Positions 29,364 through 39,809 of a DNA stretch of 64,000 bases are shown here, piece by piece (the stretch's first letter is position 1; each line of letters starts with the position of its first letter). The DNA comes from Methanothermococcus sp. Ax23. GTDB lineage: Archaea; AGJL01; Methanococci; Methanococcales; Methanococcaceae. Location: NCBI RefSeq assembly GCF_049075655.1, contig NZ_CP157522.1:800001-864000 (forward strand), given 5' to 3'. Below the pieces are notes generated by a model that was given only the letters and a program-made list of their open reading frames with translations, was not told the DNA's origin and searched no databases. A program made the translations under genes and the position numbers.

Positions 29364-30118
29364 TGACACTAAAATATCAAAAAATCGGAGATATAGTACT
29401 TGTAAAGAAGGATTTGACAGATGAAGAAATAAATTATTTAGTAGATAAAACAAAATGTAAAACAATAGTTAAATATGATTATATTAAGGGAGATATGCGA
29501 AAACCAACTATAAAAATACTTTATGGAACTGAAACAGAAACAATACATAAAGAACACGGATGTTTATTTAAAATTAATGTTTCAAAGGTAATGTGGAGCA
29601 TGGGAAACATTGAAGAGAGAAAGAGAATGGCATATATTTCAAATCCAGATGAAACTGTTGTTGATATGTTTGCAGGCATAGGATACTTCACCATACCAAT
29701 GGCAAAATACTCAAAACCTAAAAAAATATATGCCATTGAGATAAATCCTGATTCTTATTATTACCTATGCGAGAATGTAAAATTAAACAGATTAAACAAT
29801 GTAATTCCAATATTAAGCGATAATAGGGATGTGGAGTTAAAAAATGTGGCAGATAGGGTAATTATGGGTTATGTTTTAAAGACAAAATTCTTTTTAGATA
29901 AAGCTTTTGAATTTCTAAAAGAAGGGAAAAAATGCACAATTCACTACCATGATACATTAGCTGAAAAAATAATGAACACTGAACCAATTAACGAAATAAA
30001 ACACCACGCTGAAAAACATGGGTATGAGCTCCTATCATATAAAATACATAAAATAAAAAAATACGCACCCGGAGTTTGGCATATTGTGGTAGATGCCGAG
30101 CTCATTAAAAATAAATAA
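29363..30118 (+). CDS. taw2: Trm5/TYW2-family SAM enzyme, probably tRNA(Phe) aminocarboxypropyltransferase
   Basis: YQKIGD, HKEHGC, GNIEER, DMFAGIGYF, RVIMGY, KKYAPG. Confidence 0.8.
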   Translation: MTLKYQKIGDIVLVKKDLTDEEINYLVDKTKCKTIVKYDYIKGDMRKPTIKILYGTETETIHKEHGCLFKINVSKVMWSMGNIEERKRMAYISNPDETVVDMFAGIGYFTIPMAKYSKPKKIYAIEINPDSYYYLCENVKLNRLNNVIPILSDNRDVELKNVADRVIMGYVLKTKFFLDKAFEFLKEGKKCTIHYHDTLAEKIMNTEPINEIKHHAEKHGYELLSYKIHKIKKYAPGVWHIVVDAELIKNK

Positions 30119-30135
30119 ATTAATATATTTTAATA

Positions 30136-30822
30136 CTAAATTTTTATACAATTTAATACAGCTTTTTTATGGATGTCCAGGGCTTTTTGCTTTTTGCACT
30201 CTTTTCTAAATATTTTTATTTTTCCAGCCACACAAGGATACCGTTGAATTATCATTGCAGATTTTCTGCTTAAATTCTCTATATCTTTTGCATCAAGGTC
30301 CTTCATAGATTTAGCCATAAATAACGTGCTTCCACATATAGATGTCCTAATCACCTTTACATCTTCAACTTTATTATCCTTTATATGGACTTCAACCTTG
30401 GGAACTCCAAATTCTTCTAAAAATTCTTTTAACTGAGGATATTTAATTATTAAATCGCCTACATCCTTTTCATCCAATAAACACATTTCCTCTGGACATA
30501 TGGCATCAAACCTGTTTAATTCTTTTTTCTGACCCTCTCCACTCCATGTGGCAATTATTATTGCAATATTCTTTTTGAGCTCCTTTGCCTTCCTGCAAAC
30601 TTCGTATGTATTATCTGGATGCTGAGTATATAGTAATAAAATATCCGCTTCTTTAACTTTATCTGTTAATTCCTGAGGTAATTCTATTTCATCAACGATA
30701 AAATTGGTGGGTTTGTCTATTTTACAGATTCCTATAAACTCATTTTTCTTTCCAAATGAATTTATAGTCCCCTGAATCCTGTACCCATATGCTCCATCGG
30801 TTATTACTAATATTTTTGCCAT
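30136..30822 (-). CDS. DUF166-like conserved archaeal protein
   Basis: HPD, CPEEMC, FGVP, SICGST, RYPC. Confidence 0.65.
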   Translation of the reverse strand: MAKILVITDGAYGYRIQGTINSFGKKNEFIGICKIDKPTNFIVDEIELPQELTDKVKEADILLLYTQHPDNTYEVCRKAKELKKNIAIIIATWSGEGQKKELNRFDAICPEEMCLLDEKDVGDLIIKYPQLKEFLEEFGVPKVEVHIKDNKVEDVKVIRTSICGSTLFMAKSMKDLDAKDIENLSRKSAMIIQRYPCVAGKIKIFRKECKKQKALDIHKKAVLNCIKI

Positions 30823-30852
30823 ATTCGTACCTTTTTTTATTTTTTTATATGT

Positions 30853-31446
30853 TTATTCAAATATGACATTTTTTATGAGCTCACATTTCAAAGAGTTGCT
30901 TATTAAACATTTCTTCGAACCTTCTAATATTATGTTGGTGAGCTCCTCTTCTGACTTACTGCTATCTTCAATTTTTACATGGATGTTCAATGTAATTTGT
31001 TCAATACATCCTTTTTCAAAACTTTTTTTAACAGAACCATCTACCTTAACTGTTCCCTTAATACTGAGCTCCTCCAATGTCCTCCCCACGGCAATGGCTG
31101 TGCAACCGCATAATCCGGATAAAAATAAATCCATAGGATTAATTTTGTCCCCCACTGAACCTTTTCCCCCTTTTGATGCTATCTTTAATCCTTTGATATT
31201 TACATCAGTTTCAAATTCTTTTACAAAGGTTGAATTTATGCCTTCATCGTAGTATTTGGATGTTATAATATCAACGATTTTTTTTATTAACTCCTCTCTT
31301 TCCTTTTCAGGTATCTTTGAAATGAAGTTATTTAGACATTTTGGCATCATCTTAGGTATCATCTTGGGTGCAAAATTTTCTGCCATATTTGAATCTATCA
31401 TTTCATCCATCATTTCCATCATGAATTCAGGATTCATTTTTTCCAT
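30853..31446 (-). CDS. OsmC-family protein with Met-rich N-terminal extension
   Basis: NPMDLFLSGLCGC...CLISNSL. Confidence 0.8.
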   Translation of the reverse strand: MEKMNPEFMMEMMDEMIDSNMAENFAPKMIPKMMPKCLNNFISKIPEKEREELIKKIVDIITSKYYDEGINSTFVKEFETDVNIKGLKIASKGGKGSVGDKINPMDLFLSGLCGCTAIAVGRTLEELSIKGTVKVDGSVKKSFEKGCIEQITLNIHVKIEDSSKSEEELTNIILEGSKKCLISNSLKCELIKNVIFE

Positions 31447-31694
31447 ATGCTCACCTTTTGAGAGTATTTAAAATAAAATAAATAAAATAATTGTAGTTCG
31501 TTCATCATCAATTAACATTACCTTTAATGTTATGGATATGGCATGCTAATTTTAACATATATTTAATCTGTCCGACTCTCCTATTGCATAGAAAATTGCA
31601 ATAGTCATACGGTAATGGTAAATGACCATGAGCGTTATAGTTTATATTAAATTTTAGATTAAAAGTTAATATTAAAAAATTTTATTATATTATT

Positions 31695-32066
31695 TTATAT
31701 TAAATCATGTTCTTTTAATTTATTGGCAGCTTTTTTAAGAATTTTTTCTTTGATAATAACTTCATGCATATATTCCCTATCTGGGAATATTAATGCATCA
31801 TGAGGGCATAGATTACCGCATGTGGTGCATGAAACTACACAATTGTATGGTCTTGCAACAACAGGTTTTTTCATTTCTTTGTCCCAATCAAATACTACTC
31901 TGTTTCCGCATGTAATATAGCATATACCACAGCCTGTGCATGCATCGTAGTCTATTTTTGGATACCATTCTATATTTTTTCTATCTACACCCCACCAAGG
32001 CATTACTGTAAAATCTTTTATTGTCCTTCCCAAAGGGTCTTTCCCAATTACAGGCAAATCTTTCAT
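31695..32066 (-). CDS. 2x[4Fe-4S] ferredoxin-like protein
   Basis: CTGCGICYITC, CVVSCTTCGNLCP. Confidence 0.88.
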   Translation of the reverse strand: MKDLPVIGKDPLGRTIKDFTVMPWWGVDRKNIEWYPKIDYDACTGCGICYITCGNRVVFDWDKEMKKPVVARPYNCVVSCTTCGNLCPHDALIFPDREYMHEVIIKEKILKKAANKLKEHDLI

Positions 32067-32317
32067 TATTTCACCTTTTTTTATTTTATAATATTTATTT
32101 GACTATTTAATTTTAGATTGATATTCACAAATATATTAAATAGAAATTGTCATATTTAAACTTTTCGATATATTGATTAATTTTAATATATTTTAAATAG
32201 TTTTATATATATGATTATATAAATATACAATTATATAATTATATTGCCATCAACATATGATGCTAAATTAAAATATTAAAATTTTGAGAATTGTAATATA
32301 TACATACATTTTAAATT

Positions 32318-32413
32318 ATGTGAGCTATACTAACACTAATATATATTATTTTCTACTTGACGTTAGAAGAATATTATATATAATATTAAAACAAATGTGA
32401 TAATGACTCACAT
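32318..32413 (+). promoter_or_regulatory. Putative fwd promoter (TTATATA ~32374) flanked by ATGTGA-N7-TCACAT-like operators
   Basis: Perfect ATGTGA taatgac TCACAT at 32395-32413; imperfect ATGTGA gctatac TAACAC at 32318-32336. Confidence 0.4.
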
Positions 32414-32431
32414 CAATAAAAAGATGACATC

Positions 32432-32899
32432 ATGCCAGAACATATACTCTCAGGGATTAAGGCAATAGTAGCAATGAAGCTAAAAAAGGAAGGAAAATTA
32501 CAGAGAGAGATAGCAGAGTATCTAAAAATGGATAGGTCAATAATTTCCCATTATATACATGGAAGACACCCATCAGATAAAGTCATGAGAGTTTCAGAGG
32601 AAATAGTGAATTTACCAGTGGAATATGGCATTAAAATCATAAATTCAATGAGTGATGACAGAGAGCTCACAAAAAAAATCATAGAAAATATCTATCAAGT
32701 AAAAATCGAAATTGAAAGGAATAAGTGTATTCTCTGCGGAGAATGCCTTGAATGTTCTTATAATGCTATTTTTAGAGATTCCGAGCATTTAGTGAAAATA
32801 GATGCTAATAAATGTGTATTGTGTGGAGAGTGCGTATCTATTTGCCCAGTAAATGCTTTAAAATTAAAAAAATTCTTACCAAATAAATTGGAGGAATAA
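32432..32899 (+). CDS. fwdH: Formylmethanofuran dehydrogenase subunit H (HTH + 2x[4Fe-4S])
   Basis: LQREIAEYLKMDRSIISHY HTH; CILCGECLEC and CVLCGECVSICP; first gene of the fwd cluster. Confidence 0.8.
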   Translation: MPEHILSGIKAIVAMKLKKEGKLQREIAEYLKMDRSIISHYIHGRHPSDKVMRVSEEIVNLPVEYGIKIINSMSDDRELTKKIIENIYQVKIEIERNKCILCGECLECSYNAIFRDSEHLVKIDANKCVLCGECVSICPVNALKLKKFLPNKLEE

Positions 32900-32901
32900 C
32901 A

Positions 32902-33969
32902 ATGACAATTGATGCAAAAAAAGAAAGATGTAATGGTGCCATCCAGATAGTAAGGGATGGAACTGTGGAAAGCAGAGTTCTAAACTGGAACGACAGTCCT
33001 TGTGTTGGATGCGGTATTTGTAGTGATATCTGTCCTGTTGGAGCAATTGAAATGGGGCCATTGGGGGCTATTTTTAAAGGTGATATTGAGGCTCCAAAAT
33101 TGGACATTGACAATACAAAATGTGTATTGTGTGGAATGTGTGCATCTGCATGTCCATTCGATGCCATGGATTTGGAAATAAACGGAACATCTATAAAGGA
33201 GCTCCCACAGTATCCAAAGATAAAAAGAGATATTACATTAAATCAGGATGCTTGCGTATTGTGTGAGCAGTGTGAAATTGTATGTCCTCAGTGTGCAATA
33301 GAGGTTGAAAGGGAGCTCCCTGAAAGAAAAACAATGGTATTGGGAGAAATTGGAATAAATAAAGAAACCTGTGTATTGTGTGGTATCTGTGCAGAATACT
33401 GTCCAGCTGATGCTATTGAGCTTATACCTAGTGAAATGAACGCTTTAAACTTGAATCCATACAAAGACATTGTAGTGGATACTGATGCCTGTGTATATTG
33501 TAAGGTCTGTGAAAAGGCATGTCCTCACAATGCCATAGAAGTAATTTGTTATAAATGTCCTCTTGCAAACAGAATTAAAAAGCCAGAATTATATAAGGAA
33601 ATCACTGGAAAAACAACAATTGACAAAAATCTATGTGTATCATGCAGTTGGTGTGAAAAGATATGTCCAGCTGATGCTATAGTGGTGGAAAAACCATTTG
33701 AAGGAGAATTGCTCGTAGATGAGGATGCATGTAATGCCTGCGGTGCATGTATTGCAGTATGTCCATGTAATGCATTGGTATTCCCAAAATCAGAAGGTCA
33801 GGCACACAAGGCTTCAAAGATTGCCGTAAATCAAGATGTATGTGTATTGTGTGGAGCATGTACTCACGCATGTCCTGTTGATGCATTGAAAGTTAAAAGA
33901 ACAAAAATAAACATGACAGAAGCAAATGCACCTGCATGGAAGAAAGCATTTGGAAAATTGTTAAAATAA
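32902..33969 (+). CDS. fwdF: Formylmethanofuran dehydrogenase polyferredoxin subunit F
   Basis: Eight CxxCxxCxxxCP motifs; operon context. Confidence 0.92.
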   Translation: MTIDAKKERCNGAIQIVRDGTVESRVLNWNDSPCVGCGICSDICPVGAIEMGPLGAIFKGDIEAPKLDIDNTKCVLCGMCASACPFDAMDLEINGTSIKELPQYPKIKRDITLNQDACVLCEQCEIVCPQCAIEVERELPERKTMVLGEIGINKETCVLCGICAEYCPADAIELIPSEMNALNLNPYKDIVVDTDACVYCKVCEKACPHNAIEVICYKCPLANRIKKPELYKEITGKTTIDKNLCVSCSWCEKICPADAIVVEKPFEGELLVDEDACNACGACIAVCPCNALVFPKSEGQAHKASKIAVNQDVCVLCGACTHACPVDALKVKRTKINMTEANAPAWKKAFGKLLK

Positions 33970-34027
33970 GTATTGAACATCATAAAAAAATAATATGGTA
34001 GTAAAAACCCAAATGGTAGGTGGTTAA

Positions 34028-34267
34028 ATGTATAAATTGGAAGTATATCCTGAAAAGTGCCACGGATGCGGAAATTGTGTGGTTTCATGTCCTGTAAATG
34101 CAAGAGACCCAAACACATATGGTGGAAAAGGACCAGAAGATGAGAGCATCATAATTATTAAGGTTATAAATGGTGTAGTTAATATCATAAACGGCGATTT
34201 ATGCGGTGGATGCGGTGCATGTGTTGAAGCCTGTCCAGTAGATGCTATAAAACTCGTTATAAAGTAA
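34028..34267 (+). CDS. fwdG: Formylmethanofuran dehydrogenase subunit G
   Basis: CHGCGNCVVSCP, CGGCGACVEACP. Confidence 0.9.
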   Translation: MYKLEVYPEKCHGCGNCVVSCPVNARDPNTYGGKGPEDESIIIIKVINGVVNIINGDLCGGCGACVEACPVDAIKLVIK

Positions 34268-34294
34268 AATGGAATAAAAAAAGGATTCGGTGAT

Positions 34295-34687
34295 ATGATG
34301 AAATTCAAATTAAACACTGGTAGAACCATATGGCAGGGAGAAGCAATCGAAGCCGGTAAAAATCTTGAAATGTATAGAAAAGCCGCAGGAGTTTGCTACC
34401 TCAACGAGGATGACATGGTAAAATTAGGAGTGGAAGATGGAGACGCTGTGAAGGTGACGTCTGAATATGGGGATGTTGTTGTAAGTGTAAAAAAGGCAAC
34501 TGAACCAATGCCTGAGGGTATGGCATACATACCAATGGGACCTTGGGCAAACTGTGTAGTTATTCCAGAAACTGAAAGTACGGCAATGCCTTCCTATAAG
34601 GGACCAATTGATGTGGAGATTGAAAAAACAGATGAAGAAGTTCCGATAATGATGGAGTTAATGAGGAAAAAATACATTGAGTGTTAA
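34295..34687 (+). CDS. fwdD: Formylmethanofuran dehydrogenase subunit D
   Basis: LNTGRTIWQG, IPMGPWAN, MPSYKG. Confidence 0.92.
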   Translation: MMKFKLNTGRTIWQGEAIEAGKNLEMYRKAAGVCYLNEDDMVKLGVEDGDAVKVTSEYGDVVVSVKKATEPMPEGMAYIPMGPWANCVVIPETESTAMPSYKGPIDVEIEKTDEEVPIMMELMRKKYIEC

Positions 34688-34711
34688 TAGGATTATCATT
34701 GAGGTGATTTC

Positions 34712-36415
34712 ATGGAATATATTATAAAAAATGGGATTGTATATGACCCATTGAATGGAGTCGATGGAGAAAAAATGGACATCTGCGTGAAGGATGGAAA
34801 AATCGTAGAGTCCGTTTCAAGCGATGCTGTGGAAATTGATGCAAGTGGATGCGTTGTAATGCCTGGTGGTGTAGATTCCCACTCTCACGTTGCTGGTCCA
34901 AAGGTAAATACTGGTAGGCTAATGAGACCTGAGGATAGTAAGAAGGACACATTTAATAAAAAAGGACTTAGAAGCGGAACAGGGTTCTCAATACCATCTA
35001 CATTTAAAACAGGATACGAATACTCTGAAATGGGTTATACCACAGTAATTGAGGCGGCAATGCCTCCACTGACGGCAAGACACGTCCATGAGGAATTCAT
35101 GGACACCCCTCAGATTGATAAAGCAGCAATGCCTGTAATGGGAAATAATTGGATGGTAATGGAATATTTAAAAGAAGAAAATTATGAAATGTGTGCAGCA
35201 TATGTGGCATGGCTTTTAAGGGCAACAAAAGGTTATGCTATAAAAATTGTTAACCCTGGTGGAACAGAAGCATGGGGATGGGGAAAGAATGTTCATGGTC
35301 TTGACGACCCAGTTCCATACTTTGGAATTACAGGTAGGGAAATTGTAAGAGGATTAACCATAGTAAATGAAATGCTTGGATTGCCTCATTCAGTGCATGT
35401 CCATCCAAATGATTTAGGTCATCCTGGAAACTGGGAAACTACAATTGAAACAATGGACTGTGCTAAGGATATTGAGGCAAAGCCAAGATATGGGGAAAGA
35501 GAAACTGTTTATTACAACACGCATGTTCAGTTCCACTCTTACGGTGGGAGCTCCTGGAAGGACTTCATGAGTAAAGGTGTTGAAATTGCTGAGCATGTAA
35601 ATAAATCAAGCCACATAGTTGTAGATGTTGGACAGGTAACACTTGATGAAACAACAACAATGACCGCAGACGGTCCAATGGAATATGACCTTCACATGAC
35701 AAATGGTTTGAAGTGGGCAAACTGTGATGTTGAGCTTGAAACAGGTTCAGGAATAGTTCCATTCATTTATTCACCAAAGGGACCAGTTTATTCAGTTCAG
35801 TGGGCAATTGGATTGGATGTATTCTTAAATATCGACACCAATAAGGTTCTTTTAACAACAGACCATCCAAACGCAGGACCATTCACAAGATATTCAAGAG
35901 TAATAGCATGGTTGATGAGCAAAGAATACAGAGACGACTGGTTAAACAACAAAGTTCATGCATGGGCTAAGCAAAAGTCATTTGTTGCAGACAGCGATAA
36001 AGAATATTCAATGTATGAAATAGCAAAGGTAACAAGAGCAAATCAGGCAAAAGTATTAGGTTTGAGTGCAGAAAAAGGTCATTTAGGTGTTGGAGCTGAT
36101 GCAGATATTGCAGTTTATGAAATAAATCCAGAAGAAAAAGATGGAAAAGTAATTGAAAAAGCATTTAGATATGCAAAATATGTGTTAAAAGGCGGAGAAT
36201 TAGTAGTTAAAGCTGGAAATGTTGTCAAGGAAGTATTTGGAGACACAATATATGTAAATGCAAAAGTAGATGAAGCACTTGAAGAGGAGCTCCTGAAAGA
36301 CCTCAGTGCAAAGTTCAAAAAATACTATTCAGTCAATATGGACAACTATCCAGTTTCAGACCACTATGCAAACAGTTGGAAAGTAATTAACATCGATGCA
36401 ACAGACATTAAATAA
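34712..36415 (+). CDS. fwdA: Formylmethanofuran dehydrogenase subunit A
   Basis: PGGVDSHSH, KIVNPGG, TTDHPNAGPF. Confidence 0.95.
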   Translation: MEYIIKNGIVYDPLNGVDGEKMDICVKDGKIVESVSSDAVEIDASGCVVMPGGVDSHSHVAGPKVNTGRLMRPEDSKKDTFNKKGLRSGTGFSIPSTFKTGYEYSEMGYTTVIEAAMPPLTARHVHEEFMDTPQIDKAAMPVMGNNWMVMEYLKEENYEMCAAYVAWLLRATKGYAIKIVNPGGTEAWGWGKNVHGLDDPVPYFGITGREIVRGLTIVNEMLGLPHSVHVHPNDLGHPGNWETTIETMDCAKDIEAKPRYGERETVYYNTHVQFHSYGGSSWKDFMSKGVEIAEHVNKSSHIVVDVGQVTLDETTTMTADGPMEYDLHMTNGLKWANCDVELETGSGIVPFIYSPKGPVYSVQWAIGLDVFLNIDTNKVLLTTDHPNAGPFTRYSRVIAWLMSKEYRDDWLNNKVHAWAKQKSFVADSDKEYSMYEIAKVTRANQAKVLGLSAEKGHLGVGADADIAVYEINPEEKDGKVIEKAFRYAKYVLKGGELVVKAGNVVKEVFGDTIYVNAKVDEALEEELLKDLSAKFKKYYSVNMDNYPVSDHYANSWKVINIDATDIK

Positions 36416-36489
36416 AACAGTAAAAATGTAATTAAAAATATTTTATTTAATTTTTAAATTTTAAAATTATATTACTAATAGGTGATAAA

Positions 36490-37305
36490 ATGGAACTTAT
36501 TCTTACATTAAAGGAAGAAATCATAGTTCCTGTGGAAATGGATAAGGTGCTTCCAGAAAAAGTTCAGGATTTGTCTGAGGAAGAGATAAAAAGCATCGAA
36601 TTGCCACAGGGAAGAACAACAATTACAGTTGGAGAGCTCTTCGATGTTGAAGTAAAAGAAAGTGAAACACCAAAATTGGTTATAAAAAACTCAACGGCTA
36701 AATTAAAGAGAATCGGAGAAAAAATGACAACAGGGGAAATAGTCGTTGAAGGAGATGCTGGAATGTATGTCGGCGTAGAAATGAAAGGTGGAAAGATAGT
36801 TGTAAATGGAAACGCTGACAGCTGGGCTGGACAGAACATGAAAGGTGGAGAAATAATTATTAAAGGAGATGCTAAGGATTATGTTGGTTCTGCATACAGA
36901 GGAGATTGGAGAGGTATGAGCGGTGGAACTATAATTGTTGAAGGAAACGCAGGAAATGAGATTGGAGAATATATGAAAGGCGGTAAAATCCACATAAAAG
37001 GAAACGTCGGATTGCTTGCGGGAATCCACCTAAGCGGAGGAATTATAATAATTGATGGAGACGCTGAGGCGAGAGCAGGAGGAGAAATGATAAAAGGTGC
37101 AATAGTAATAAACGGAAAATTGGAAGGAATACTGCCATCATTTAAATTTGAAGGAATTGTTGAAAATCCAGTTATAAAATTAAGTAAAAAAGACGCTGGA
37201 ACACCATTAACAGGCAAATACTATAAATTCAGCGGAGATTATGCAAATAACAAACCAAAAGGACAGCTATATGTGTCAGTTGAAAACAATCCTGATTTAA
37301 GATAA
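36490..37305 (+). CDS. fwdC: Formylmethanofuran dehydrogenase subunit C
   Basis: GxxMxGG repeats, AYRGDWRGMSGG. Confidence 0.95.
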   Translation: MELILTLKEEIIVPVEMDKVLPEKVQDLSEEEIKSIELPQGRTTITVGELFDVEVKESETPKLVIKNSTAKLKRIGEKMTTGEIVVEGDAGMYVGVEMKGGKIVVNGNADSWAGQNMKGGEIIIKGDAKDYVGSAYRGDWRGMSGGTIIVEGNAGNEIGEYMKGGKIHIKGNVGLLAGIHLSGGIIIIDGDAEARAGGEMIKGAIVINGKLEGILPSFKFEGIVENPVIKLSKKDAGTPLTGKYYKFSGDYANNKPKGQLYVSVENNPDLR

Positions 37306-37468
37306 TATACTGGGATTATTATATTTTTAACTTATTTTTTATATTCTTTTTTTAATTTTTTGGATTTATTTTTAATAAACATATTTTCAATAAATTATAT
37401 AAAATAATAAATGACATTATAATTATCATTTTAATAATTAAATAAACATAAAAATTTAGAGGAAAACA

Positions 37469-37975
37469 ATGATTTTAGAGTTAAATGGAATATACGCTGG
37501 ATTAAGATTTGCATCAGCACATATTGTATTTGGACACGACACATGCGGAGTAATTCATGGCCATTCGTATTATGTGGATGTTAAAGTATGCGGAGCTCCT
37601 TCTGGGGAATTCGGTTTTGTCTGCGATTTTAAGGCATTAAAAAAGATAGTAAAAGATATATGTGAAAAACTTGACCACAAGCTTTTAATTCCTGAAAATC
37701 ACCCTAATTTAAAATATAATATAGTCGATAACTCCATAAACTTCACATTCTGCAAAGGGGAGAAAATAAAAGAATACAAAATCCCACTGGAAGACGTTGT
37801 TCTTTTGCCATTGACAGGCACCACAGCAGAGGAGCTCTCAAAGTATTTTGCAGAGCTCATTAAAAAAGAATTATATTCATTAAATTTAGATGATAGTATT
37901 GATTGGATAGAGGCTACTGTGAATGAGGGTATAGGACAGGGGGCAACATACAGAGTCATTTTTGAAAATAAATAA
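37469..37975 (+). CDS. queD: 6-carboxytetrahydropterin synthase (QueD/PTPS)
   Basis: FASAH, CGVIHGHSY, DF, LDHK, TTAEEL. Confidence 0.88.
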   Translation: MILELNGIYAGLRFASAHIVFGHDTCGVIHGHSYYVDVKVCGAPSGEFGFVCDFKALKKIVKDICEKLDHKLLIPENHPNLKYNIVDNSINFTFCKGEKIKEYKIPLEDVVLLPLTGTTAEELSKYFAELIKKELYSLNLDDSIDWIEATVNEGIGQGATYRVIFENK

Positions 37976-38056
37976 AAATAAAGTTAAAATGAAAAGATAT
38001 AAATAAATTGTAAATATAATAAATAATATAGTTATACTCCTATTATTGGTGATATT

Positions 38057-38623
38057 ATGGAAATTAATGTAAGTGTAAGTGAAGCTATGAGTAGCCCTGT
38101 GGAGACAGTGAATTTAAATACTACGGCATATGATGCAGCAAATATTTTGAAAACAAAGGGCATCGGCTGTTTGGTTGTTGTAAATGATTTAATGAAACCA
38201 GTAGGACTTATCACAGAGAAAGACCTGGTTTTAAAAATTGTTGCAAGGAATTTAAAATCAAAAGAGGTTTTGGTTAAAGAGATTGTATCTCCAAAACTTA
38301 TCTATATATCTCCAAGGGCAACCCTGATGGATGCTGCAAAAATAATGGCAGAGAAAAATATTAAGAGGCTTCCAGTAATTGAAAACGATGAGCTATTGGG
38401 TATAATCACAGTTAGTGATATAACCACAATATCTCCAAAATTATTTGATATAATGGTTGAAGTTTCCAACATAAGAGGGGAAGGAGATTATCAAACTATT
38501 ATTAGCAAAGAGGAGGAATATACGGAAGGCATATGTGAAATATGTGGAAGTCAGGGGAGGGTAAGATATATTGATGGAAGATATGTGTGCGACAATTGCG
38601 TAGATGAGGAAGAAAATATTTAA
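38057..38623 (+). CDS. CBS-pair protein with C-terminal Zn ribbon
   Basis: GLITEKD, IKRLPV, GICEICG...CDNC. Confidence 0.88.
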   Translation: MEINVSVSEAMSSPVETVNLNTTAYDAANILKTKGIGCLVVVNDLMKPVGLITEKDLVLKIVARNLKSKEVLVKEIVSPKLIYISPRATLMDAAKIMAEKNIKRLPVIENDELLGIITVSDITTISPKLFDIMVEVSNIRGEGDYQTIISKEEEYTEGICEICGSQGRVRYIDGRYVCDNCVDEEENI

Positions 38624-38761
38624 ATTAAATATTTTTTCTTTTGCAGTGATGTATCTAAAAAATCTTTTTATATAGAAATATAATTTTTTATTTTATTTTG
38701 CCATCTCATAACATATAAATAATAAAATTATCATAATTAATAATGTAATTATTAAAATATT

Positions 38762-38840
38762 TTAGATATCACTTGCGAAGTAAGTGAGGTTAATCGAAAT
38801 CTTTGATTTCGAGCAATGAAACGCTTCGCATTTCGTCTAA
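38762..38840. repeat. REP/MITE-like triple-hairpin element
   Basis: tcacttgc-gaa-gtaagtga, tcgaaatc-ttt-gatttcga and gaaacgc-ttc-gcatttc, bounded by ttaga...tctaa. Confidence 0.6.
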
Positions 38841-38865
38841 TATAATAATCCTCAGAGGGGATAAT

Positions 38866-39702
38866 TTGAAAATAAAAAATATAGTTGAAGGGAAAGAAGC
38901 TGTTAAAGTATATCCAACAACAACCATACGAGACGCATTAATTACAATGAATGACGATGGCACAAGAAGAATTACTGTTGTAGATGCCGGAACAAATAGG
39001 GTAGTGGGAATTATAACTTCTATGGATATAGTAGATTTTATGGGAGGAGGTTCAAAGTATAACCTTGTAAAATCAAAACATAATCATAATCTTTTAGCAG
39101 CAATTAATGAACCTGTAAAAGAAATTATGACTAATGAGGCCGTATGTGTAAAAGAAAATGCAATATTAAAAGAAGTTATACACTTATTTATAGAAAAAAA
39201 TGTTGGTGGTATGCCTGTTGTAGATAAAGACCATAGATTGATATCTACAATAACCGAAAGAGACATAATTAAATTCTTAAAAGACCATATAGACAAATCT
39301 GAGAAAATAATTGATTATATGACTGAAAACCCAGTTGTGGCTACATCAGGGGAGAGATTAAAGGATGTTGCAAGAACTATGTTGAGAAATGGATTTAGAA
39401 GGTTGCCAGTAATTTCTGAGGGCAAATTAGTAGGTATGATAACATCCACAGATTTTATAAGACTTTTAGGTAGTGATTGGGCATTTAATCATATGCAAAC
39501 TGGAAATGTAAGGGAAATAACAAATGTCAGAATTAAAGATATAATGATGAAAGATATCTTAACTGTTGAAAAGGACACTTCATTATATGATGTTGTGGAT
39601 ATAATGACTAAAAATAATATAGGAGCTCTTCCAGTAGTTGATGATGGAAAATTGGTAGGAATAATAACTGAAAAAGATGTAGTGTCTTATTTCAAAGAAT
39701 AG
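38866..39702 (+). CDS. Four-CBS-domain protein
   Basis: GIITSMD, ITERD, FRRLPV, GIITEKD; TTG 38866 after GAGGGG (track start 38803 lies inside the hairpin element). Confidence 0.88.
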   Translation: MKIKNIVEGKEAVKVYPTTTIRDALITMNDDGTRRITVVDAGTNRVVGIITSMDIVDFMGGGSKYNLVKSKHNHNLLAAINEPVKEIMTNEAVCVKENAILKEVIHLFIEKNVGGMPVVDKDHRLISTITERDIIKFLKDHIDKSEKIIDYMTENPVVATSGERLKDVARTMLRNGFRRLPVISEGKLVGMITSTDFIRLLGSDWAFNHMQTGNVREITNVRIKDIMMKDILTVEKDTSLYDVVDIMTKNNIGALPVVDDGKLVGIITEKDVVSYFKE

Positions 39703-39809
39703 TTAAAAAAATTAAACGAAAACCATTTTTAGTCCCCCACATTTCTATAATTATATAAAATATCTTTTTTAGTTTTATTTTTATGTATATTTTGATTATT
39801 GGTGATTTT

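Noticed and set aside
31581-31604. ctattgca/tgcaatag inverted repeat and a ~32-codon minus-strand ORF in this gap
   Set aside because: A single 8-bp stem and a very short ORF with no recognisable motif; insufficient support.
32432-37305. fwdB missing from the fwd operon
   Set aside because: In Methanococcales the B subunit is normally encoded elsewhere.
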